The translations under genes were made by a program, and so were the position numbers. A stretch of DNA of 39,777 bases from an uncultured Polyangiales bacterium (GTDB lineage: Bacteria; Myxococcota_A; Polyangia; Polyangiales; DASUME01): contig CAYNOM010000002.1 of NCBI GenBank assembly GCA_964398415.1, forward strand, positions 4,292-44,068, in the 5' to 3' direction. This document shows positions 27,067 through 33,701 of this stretch, piece by piece. Below the pieces are notes generated by a model, which did not search any database, had not been told where the DNA came from, and saw only the letters and a list, made by a program, of their open reading frames with translations. How positions within the stretch are numbered: the stretch's first letter is position 1; every line of letters begins with the position of its first letter.

Positions 27067-27426
27067 ATGATGGGCGGACCCATGGCCGATGCGCTCAAGA
27101 TCTTTCGTTTGGTCGACAGTTACGACGTACACCTCGAGCTCGGCGGTGAGCTCGAGGAGGTGCGGGTCGAGCTCCTGCAAAAGCGCGGCGTGCCCCGTCG
27201 CTTCCTCGTGCGCCTGTTTCGAACCACGGTGGTGCAAGCGCTCGTCGGCTTCGACGAAGACCGAGAGCAGGTCGAGGTCGAGCCGACTCAGGTGCTCGAG
27301 GACTTCAGCGAGCTGCTCGACGACTCCGATCTCGATTTCGAAGCCGACGACGCCGAAGCCGCGATCGAGCGCGTGTTCGGCGCGCTCAGGCGCCGCATGA
27401 ACGAGGCCGCCTGGGCCAAGAATTGA
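27067..27426 (+). CDS. Small acidic hypothetical protein
   Basis: ATG 27067 lies 5 nt after the kinase stop. 119 aa, E/D-rich, coding-like GC3. No family recognised. Confidence 0.5.
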   Translation: MMGGPMADALKIFRLVDSYDVHLELGGELEEVRVELLQKRGVPRRFLVRLFRTTVVQALVGFDEDREQVEVEPTQVLEDFSELLDDSDLDFEADDAEAAIERVFGALRRRMNEAAWAKN

Positions 27427-27433
27427 GCCTTGG

Positions 27434-28105
27434 TCACGGGGGCGGTGCGACAGACGCGGTCGGGCAGACGGAGTTTCGCGCGCATCGCGCGTGCTCGAAC
27501 AGCGCCTCGAACACCGAGCGCACGTCTTCGAAGGCCCGCACAGCGCCCTGCCGCGCGCTCTCCCGCAGGGGCATGGCGTCTAGTCTCTGATCGAGCTCGT
27601 GACGAAAGCGCTGAAAGCGAGCCATGGTCTCCTTACCGTGTCCCCTGAAGTAGCGCGTGCTCCCGTCATCGAGCGCGAGACGAGCCGAGATCATGGGATA
27701 GAGCATGGCTGAGCCCAGTGCCGAGCCTTCGAGCACGTAGAGCCGACCGAGCAGGCTGGCCTCATCGAGCAGGCTCGTGTCTACGGTGCAGGCGCGGGCG
27801 ATCGCGGCGCGGAGCGACCTCGGCAGGCTGTGGGTGGCGCATCCGAGCGCCGCAAGATCCTGGTCCGCGAGCGCACTCTTGCGGGGCGTGCTGAGCAGAT
27901 GGGAGAGGCCCTTGGCTTCGAGCGCCCACTCGAGGTGACGATGGAGCTCCGCGTAGGCGCACAAGAGCTCGGCGTAGCTCGTGCGCGAGATCTCGCCCTT
28001 CGCGAGCAGCTCGGCGAACGCCGTCGACTCGGTCTGCTTGTGCTCGACCTGGGTCACCGCCTTGAGCCAAAGCGAGGCCTGCGGGATCAATGGGTGGAGT
28101 TCCAT
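27434..28105 (-). CDS. Heme oxygenase family protein (last gene of the operon)
   Basis: Internal ATG 28105 (MELHPLIPQ). LKAVTQVEHKQTESTAF matches the proximal-His helix (HO-1 LKEATKEVHTQAENAEF, from memory). LYVLEGSALGS matches the bacterial HO distal-helix motif YVLEGS.LGG. 223 aa. Confidence 0.75.
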   Translation of the reverse strand: MELHPLIPQASLWLKAVTQVEHKQTESTAFAELLAKGEISRTSYAELLCAYAELHRHLEWALEAKGLSHLLSTPRKSALADQDLAALGCATHSLPRSLRAAIARACTVDTSLLDEASLLGRLYVLEGSALGSAMLYPMISARLALDDGSTRYFRGHGKETMARFQRFRHELDQRLDAMPLRESARQGAVRAFEDVRSVFEALFEHARCARNSVCPTASVAPPP

Positions 28106-28554
28106 CTGCGAAGCTCCTCGATGAAGGCGTGAAGGTAAGGCTCGAAGGCGTAGGTGTCGGCCTCGTTCAACACCTCGGCCATGGCCTCGCGCAGGGTCTC
28201 GAAGCTCGACACGAGCGCGGCTGGCTCGATCAGTTGGCACAGCTGCTCGGCGACCCATTCGGCGTGGGCCTCCACGAAGTGCGTGAGGTCGGCCCGCACG
28301 TGCGCGAGCGCCACGCGCCTGAGCATGTGGCGCAGCTCTTCGATCCCCTCGGCACGGCCACCGTGAAGACGTCTCACGTCACCGAGGCGCTCGAGCGCGC
28401 GCACGTAGATGCGCTCTTCGGCAGCTTGCATGCGGCGCGCGGCAGACAGACGTTGGCCCATACCGGTTGCATACTCGCGTAACGCGTCGACCTCCTGGTC
28501 GCTCAAGAAGCGCCCCTCGGCGTTGACGATCATCGATCTGAGCTCGGTGTTCAT
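28087..28554 (-). CDS. Phycobiliprotein-like (phycobilisome protein family, globin fold) protein A
   Basis: ATG 28554 overlaps the kinase stop as ATGA. MNTELRSMIVNAEGRFLSDQEVDAL...RLSAARRMQAAEERI aligns by eye with phycocyanin/allophycocyanin N-termini (..AD.QGRFLS..EL...). C-terminal YLHAFIEEL resembles YIDYAINAL. 155 aa. Confidence 0.6.
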   Translation of the reverse strand: MNTELRSMIVNAEGRFLSDQEVDALREYATGMGQRLSAARRMQAAEERIYVRALERLGDVRRLHGGRAEGIEELRHMLRRVALAHVRADLTHFVEAHAEWVAEQLCQLIEPAALVSSFETLREAMAEVLNEADTYAFEPYLHAFIEELRRWNSTH

Positions 28555-30146
28555 GCGTCTCCCCCTGAAAATGGAATGCGTTCGACGCGTCCCTGTGCGT
28601 CGACCCACGCGAGGCTCGAGGCATTGGCCGCGAGCCCCACGATGGGTTGATCGAGTGCGGTGCGTGCCCGTGCGCCCGTACGCACGTCGAAACTGTAGAG
28701 CGAGCCTTCCTTCTCGATGCCGTACAGGCGCTGCCCGTCGAAGGCTGAGGGTCGCGCGGGCAAGCGCACGCTCCTCGTGCCCGCGGCGCTGAGCAGCAGC
28801 ACACGGCCTTCGGCGCCAGACACATCTGCCACCAAGATCTGGCCGTCATCGTGGACCCACAGGCGCTGCACGTGTGCATCGACAGCGATCTTGCGAGCTT
28901 CGAACATCACGCATGCGCCCCCACCCGCAACCCCCGCGAGTGCGAGCGCGCCGCTCGCGCCGACTGCGAGGGCGGTGATGCGCTGGCCGAGCTCGACTGG
29001 AGCACGCTGCTCCTCTCTACCGCCCGCGATGCGGGCCTTGCCCTCCGTGGCCACTGCGATCTCACCACGCGGACCGAGCGCGATGCACGCACCAGGTCGG
29101 ACGCGCATGCCACGCACGGGGCCGTGGGGGCCATGGACGCGCACTTCGTTGCCATGGCGCAGCGCGAAGTACTCTCCATGGGCCAGCATTTCGTCTACGT
29201 CGCTGTGGGCTTCCTGCGCGTCGCCGCGCGGCCCATGACGCGAGACATCGCGGCCCGTGCGCAGCAGCAATGCGTAAGGCGTGAGGGCCAGCTCCTCGAC
29301 GCCGGGTGCGTAGAGCGGCCAACGCTCGTTCACGAACTCGGAGGCTTCGTCACGCAGCGCGAGCGTCAGGGCGGAGATCCACGCGTCCACCGTATCGAAG
29401 CGATCTTCGGGCCGTTTGGCCAAGCTCCGCTCGAGCAAGAGGCGCATGCGCGGTGGCAGCCACTCAGGAAGCACCGGCTCGCGCTCCAGGTGCGCCAGCA
29501 TGATTTGGGCCGGCGTGCCCGCGAAAGGTCTTTGCCCGCACAGGATCTCGTAGACCACGACGCCCAGCGAGTAGACGTCCACGCGTCTGTCGTAGGAGTC
29601 GTAGAACTGCTCAGGCGCCATGTACGCAGGAGAGCCGCTGTTGCTACGCGTGGCCGCCTCCACGCCGAGCGCAGAGATGCCGAAGTCGGTGACTTTGGCG
29701 CGCAGGCCGCCGCCGCTGCGCGTGACGAGGATGTTCTCGGGCTTCAAGTCGCGGTGCAGCACGTTGCGCGCATGGGCGTACGCCACGCCCGCCGCGGCCT
29801 CGCGCACGAGCTCGAGCGTGGCCACTACCTCTGTGCCGAGGTTGATGCGCTCACGCAGGGAGCCGAGCTCCATGTATTCGTACACGAGGTAGCGCAGGCC
29901 CTGCTCCATGAACACCGAATCCGCGCGTACCACCGCGGGATGGGCGAGGTCGAAGACGGCCCCGATCTCACGCATGAAGGTGTCTTCGCCCGCGAGCGCC
30001 GAGAACTCCTTGAGCGCCACACGACGCTGGGCCTTGACGTCGTGCGCGAGGTAGACGCGTCCGTGGGCGCCTTGTCCGAGCACGCGCTCGGTGGCGTAAC
30101 GCCCGCCGAGTAAGCGTCTCTCTCTCTCGTAGCCCGCGAGATTCAA
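28551..30146 (-). CDS. Ser/Thr protein kinase with ~250-aa beta-rich C-terminal domain
   Basis: GQGAHGRVYLA, VALKEF, HRDLKPENILV, DFGIS, AYMAPEQ. The proposed TTG start at 30146 overlaps the upstream stop as TTGA, with AAGGGGG 10 nt upstream. The ORF start 30482 and ATG 30257 would overlap the V4R gene extensively. Confidence 0.9.
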   Translation of the reverse strand: MNLAGYERERRLLGGRYATERVLGQGAHGRVYLAHDVKAQRRVALKEFSALAGEDTFMREIGAVFDLAHPAVVRADSVFMEQGLRYLVYEYMELGSLRERINLGTEVVATLELVREAAAGVAYAHARNVLHRDLKPENILVTRSGGGLRAKVTDFGISALGVEAATRSNSGSPAYMAPEQFYDSYDRRVDVYSLGVVVYEILCGQRPFAGTPAQIMLAHLEREPVLPEWLPPRMRLLLERSLAKRPEDRFDTVDAWISALTLALRDEASEFVNERWPLYAPGVEELALTPYALLLRTGRDVSRHGPRGDAQEAHSDVDEMLAHGEYFALRHGNEVRVHGPHGPVRGMRVRPGACIALGPRGEIAVATEGKARIAGGREEQRAPVELGQRITALAVGASGALALAGVAGGGACVMFEARKIAVDAHVQRLWVHDDGQILVADVSGAEGRVLLLSAAGTRSVRLPARPSAFDGQRLYGIEKEGSLYSFDVRTGARARTALDQPIVGLAANASSLAWVDAQGRVERIPFSGGDA

Positions 30147-30802
30147 GACGCTGAGACCCCCTTCAGCTTGTCTAGGATCTCGCTTGCCGGGCGCTTCTGC
30201 TTCACCCACGCGGACGCTGGTGCGAGCCGGTCTGTCATTCCAACTACGAACTTGCATGACTCGTCTCCCTGGCTTCGACACGCGATCTCGACACAGCTCA
30301 GATCCCGCCCCGAGATGTGTGAGATCAGAGATCCCAAGACACCGGCGACGAGGTGATCCGAGGGCCTGTCGAGCTTGCCTACACTCGCGCTGTAGGGGGC
30401 TCCGCTCACGTCGGCGACGATGAAGCCCTGCGCTGCGAGGTCGAAGGACAGCTCGAGATTGCCCCAGCCGAGCAGGCCCCACGAGCGGCGCAGGCTCTGC
30501 ACGTACATGGCGAGCGGGATTTCGTGGAGCGCCCGTCCATGGAAGGCGCGCACCTCATCCGAGTGTCTTTGGGCGTAGCGCGCCCCCCACCACTTGCCGA
30601 CGCTGTAGAGGACCACGGGAGCGGCGCTGCCCGTCTCTTCTTCGAGGCCCTTGTGAAGGCCCTGGATCAGCTGTTCTGGAATCGCGAGCATGCGCGTCCC
30701 CATCGGGCTTCGGATCACGCCCTTTCTGACGTCGAGCTTCAGGTAGCTCTCGGCGCGGTAGGGATTGGTGGCCATGCTCGCGGGATCGTCGGGGCGGTTC
30801 AT
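30143..30802 (-). CDS. V4R (4-vinyl reductase-type small-molecule-binding) domain protein 1
   Basis: The ATG overlaps the upstream stop as ATGA (30799-30802). C-terminal V4R signature HLVAGVLGSLISHISGRDLSCVEIACRSQGDESCKFVVG. Paralogous to 31650-32294. Confidence 0.7.
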   Translation of the reverse strand: MNRPDDPASMATNPYRAESYLKLDVRKGVIRSPMGTRMLAIPEQLIQGLHKGLEEETGSAAPVVLYSVGKWWGARYAQRHSDEVRAFHGRALHEIPLAMYVQSLRRSWGLLGWGNLELSFDLAAQGFIVADVSGAPYSASVGKLDRPSDHLVAGVLGSLISHISGRDLSCVEIACRSQGDESCKFVVGMTDRLAPASAWVKQKRPASEILDKLKGVSAS

Positions 30803-31290
30803 GCGTCACTCCTTTCGTGCTCGAGCTCGGTGATGATGAGCTCGATGTAGGGAGCGAGGCGTCTTCCGCGCTCCGCTCCGAGATGCGTGATCGCGGCGTC
30901 GACCAGTCGTTTGTAGCCGTAGATCATCGGTTCTTTCGGCATCAGCGCGACCACGATGGTCTTCATCCAGATCGCGAGCTTGTCGCGGACGAAGTCGGGG
31001 TCGGACAGCAGCATGCCCAGCACCGCGTAGCGGTACACGAAGGTCATGTCGCGGCGCCCGCGCAGCTCGCTGTCTGCTCCGTGATTGCGCGCGAGCTCGG
31101 GGTGACGAGCCATCAGCGCCGAGAGCGCGTCATCGATGATGAGCTTCTCCTGGGCTTCGAGCTCGCGAACCGAGGGCAACGCGACGAGCAAGCTCTCCGT
31201 GTAGGCACGAATCTCGGCCTCTTCGGTCTCCGTGAAGTAGCGACTCTGGGCGCCGTAGAGCGCCTTTCTGACATCGGCCTGCATACTCAT
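30799..31290 (-). CDS. Phycobiliprotein-like (globin fold) protein B
   Basis: Start ATG 31290 or 31284, with GAGGAG directly upstream. ...ALYGAQSRYFTETEEAEIRAY...ELEAQEKLIIDDALSAL parallels protein A and phycobiliprotein N-termini. GRRDMTFVYRYAVLGML aligns by eye with the C-A-R-D-x3-Y-L-R chromophore-site helix. ~162 aa. Confidence 0.55.
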   Translation of the reverse strand: MSMQADVRKALYGAQSRYFTETEEAEIRAYTESLLVALPSVRELEAQEKLIIDDALSALMARHPELARNHGADSELRGRRDMTFVYRYAVLGMLLSDPDFVRDKLAIWMKTIVVALMPKEPMIYGYKRLVDAAITHLGAERGRRLAPYIELIITELEHERSDA

Positions 31291-31294
31291 CTCC

Positions 31295-31636
31295 TCACGT
31301 CCAGTTGAAGGCGCCGAACACGGCATCCACCGTTTGACCCTGCTGATGATCGGTCGGGCCATCGGCCTTACCCGTCCAATTCACGGTCGAGAACACGAGA
31401 CCCACGGGTCTTGCGGCATCGGCGAGGCGCACGCGCTTCTGATCGTCGGGCAAGACGCCCCAGCGCACGTGGCGCGCGAACACCGAGCCTGCCGGGCGCG
31501 CCATCAAGGGGTCGACCCTGTGGGGCTCGATGCGCGGGGGAAGGCTTCTCGTCGTGCGCGCGAGGCGACTCGTCTCGGGCCTTTGCGGCTCGTCGCTGCG
31601 CGCGGGAGGCGGAAGGGTTGCGGCGTGCATGCTCAT
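31295..31636 (-). CDS. Orphan 113-aa protein
   Basis: GAGGAAAG SD 3 nt before ATG 31636. GC-rich third positions. The stop lies 4 nt before the next start. Pro/Arg-rich N-terminal half, beta-like C-terminal half with VNWT/FNWT. No family recognised. Confidence 0.45.
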   Translation of the reverse strand: MSMHAATLPPPARSDEPQRPETSRLARTTRSLPPRIEPHRVDPLMARPAGSVFARHVRWGVLPDDQKRVRLADAARPVGLVFSTVNWTGKADGPTDHQQGQTVDAVFGAFNWT

Positions 31637-31649
31637 GGACTTTCCTCGC

Positions 31650-32294
31650 TCACAGCCGCCCGATGACGTCGTTGGCGCTCGCGCCCTCTTCGAGCCAGAA
31701 CTGCACGGCGTTGATCTTCTGCTCGGCGCCGATGACGAAGCGGCAGTAGGTCGCGCCCATGGCGTAACACTGGATTTCGATGCCGCTCAGATCGCGCTTG
31801 GCGAGGTGCGTCAGGGCGCCCGCCAGCATGCCGGCGTAGAGGTGACACACGGGCTTTCCCACTTCGCCTAGGGTCTTCGCTACGGCTGAGTCGAAGAGGT
31901 TCACGAGGATGAGGCCCTGATCGCGCTTGCCATCGAGGTCGACCTCCCATGCGCCCCAGCCCATGGTCTGCAGCGGCCACCACCACTCCTCGAGCACGAA
32001 CTTCACGTTCATCTGCCGCATGTCGCGTCCAAACTCGCGCAGCATGTTGCTCTCGAAGCGCTTGAGGTCGGTGAGCCCCCACTGAAAGCCGCAGCGATAG
32101 AGGACTACGGCCGAGGCATCGCCCACCTCCTGCTCGAGGCCCGCCTGCAGGCCAACGATGAAATCCTCCGAAGCGAAGAACGCGAGCTCGTCGTTTCGAG
32201 TGCGCACGCTTCCGCCCTTCGGGTCGAAGCGGAAGTAGTCTTCGAGGGTGAAGTAGTTGTGCTTCTTGGGTTGCTGTCCGATGATCACGCTCAC
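31650..32294 (-). CDS. V4R domain protein 2
   Basis: GTG start 32294, with GGGGGA 4 nt upstream. V4R signature KPVCHLYAGMLAGALTHLAKRDLSGIEIQCYAMGATYCRFVIG. Confidence 0.7.
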   Translation of the reverse strand: MSVIIGQQPKKHNYFTLEDYFRFDPKGGSVRTRNDELAFFASEDFIVGLQAGLEQEVGDASAVVLYRCGFQWGLTDLKRFESNMLREFGRDMRQMNVKFVLEEWWWPLQTMGWGAWEVDLDGKRDQGLILVNLFDSAVAKTLGEVGKPVCHLYAGMLAGALTHLAKRDLSGIEIQCYAMGATYCRFVIGAEQKINAVQFWLEEGASANDVIGRL

Positions 32295-32304
32295 GGTTTC
32301 CCCC

Positions 32305-32784
32305 TCACGCGTCTCGCGTGTCCTTCATGACCCTCTGCAGATCGGCTTCGACCTGCATCAGCTGCTGCGCGGTGCTGCGCGTGATGATCTTGCCGGCCTG
32401 AACCAGGACGCGGCCATCGACGGGGTGCAGCACGCGTAGCTCGGCGCGACGGCCCACGAGCTCGTCGATGTCCGCGTGTTGGGCCACGTACAAACCTTCA
32501 GGCAGCCTGATGACCACGCCGTCACGCAGCACCTTGGCCTGGCAGGCAAGTCGAGACTCGGAGGTTGCCTCGCCGATCAGCGATAGCGTGCGCTCTTCGC
32601 GCTTCGTGCGCGGCGTGATGCAGTTGTCTCCACTCTGCACGTAGACGTGGCAGGTGGCACAGATGCCGCGTCCACCGCAGGCCATCTTCACCGGCACGCG
32701 CTCCGCAAGCAGAGCTTGAAGCACGTTGGCTTCGGTCTTCACTTCCACGATCTTTGCGGTGCCCGCGAACTGGACGGTCTTCAT
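32305..32784 (-). CDS. [2Fe-2S] ferredoxin, adrenodoxin-type spacing, with ~60-aa C-terminal extension
   Basis: C-x5-C-x2-C-x35-C pattern (MACGGRGICATCHV...SRLACQA). The ATG overlaps the upstream stop as ATGA (32781-32784). Confidence 0.85.
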   Translation of the reverse strand: MKTVQFAGTAKIVEVKTEANVLQALLAERVPVKMACGGRGICATCHVYVQSGDNCITPRTKREERTLSLIGEATSESRLACQAKVLRDGVVIRLPEGLYVAQHADIDELVGRRAELRVLHPVDGRVLVQAGKIITRSTAQQLMQVEADLQRVMKDTRDA

Positions 32785-33701
32785 CGTCGTGCCTCCCCCG
32801 GTTTCGAATCGACAGCGTGGCCCTGCGCGTACGTCTCAGACTCGGCGGCGGCGCTACGCGAAAGCGCATCGAGATCGAGATCGCGGATCGACGGATCGAG
32901 GTCCGACACCAGGGCGATGAAAGCCTCGCACCAGCGCCGCACCATGACGCTCGCGCGTGAGAGCTCGAGCTCATCGGGGCGGCTGCAACGCACGCTGCCA
33001 TCGAGGTCGACCTCGAACGGATCCAGCGTTCCGTCGCTACACACGGCCTTGCGGGCGCGATTCAGATAGTTGCGCCGAACTGCACCACCGAGGTTCTTAC
33101 CCGCGTGCGCCGACAGGGCGGCCACCTGTGCGAGCAGACCCTGCGCGTCGAGCTCGCTCGGCCCATCGCTCGTGCGCGTGAACGCGAGAGGTGCCTCGCG
33201 TGGGGCATTCGATCTCGCGAGCAGCGCCGACGGAGAGAGCGGCTCGAGCTTGAGCGACGACGGTGGCGGTACGGTGGCTACGTCTTCGGGCTCGGGTGCA
33301 GGGACAGTGATGGTGGCGGGGCGTGACGCGGGTGAGGACGACCGAAGCGGGCCCCCGTCGCCACTGAGAGCCGATCCCACCGCATCGACGAGCGACGGTA
33401 CCGACAGGGCGACCCGGCTGACCACGGCGTGGAGGTGTGCTCCCTCCCTGACGCGCAGCGCGACGCTGCCCTTGCCGGCTCTGAGCCATACGATGCGGCA
33501 CGTGGCCGTCTCCACCTCCAGAAAACGCGCATCGGGCTGACGCTCGAAGAGCTGACTCAGGATGGGTAGGGCCTGAGAGAGCGCATCGGCATGGGCGTCG
33601 AGGCGCGCGCAGTAGGTGGAGCCATCCTCTGCGAAGAAGGCGACGCCGTCGACGTCTGGAACAGCAAGCATTCCGCTCAGGGTGTCGATCAATCCGAGCA
33701 T
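32781..33701 (-). CDS. Roadblock/LC7 (MglB-like) N-terminal domain protein with Pro/Ser-rich linker and C-terminal domain
   Basis: N-terminal MLGLIDTLSGMLAVPDVDGVAFFAEDGS...CRIVWLRAGKGSVALRVREGAHL fits the Roadblock/LC7 pattern by eye. The start overlaps the upstream gene by 13 nt. Confidence 0.5.
   Translation of the reverse strand: MLGLIDTLSGMLAVPDVDGVAFFAEDGSTYCARLDAHADALSQALPILSQLFERQPDARFLEVETATCRIVWLRAGKGSVALRVREGAHLHAVVSRVALSVPSLVDAVGSALSGDGGPLRSSSPASRPATITVPAPEPEDVATVPPPSSLKLEPLSPSALLARSNAPREAPLAFTRTSDGPSELDAQGLLAQVAALSAHAGKNLGGAVRRNYLNRARKAVCSDGTLDPFEVDLDGSVRCSRPDELELSRASVMVRRWCEAFIALVSDLDPSIRDLDLDALSRSAAAESETYAQGHAVDSKPGEARR

Noticed and set aside
28851-30113. 420-aa plus-strand ORF
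   Set aside because: It is antisense to the operon Ser/Thr kinase, and the product is Arg/Ala/His-rich with no motifs.
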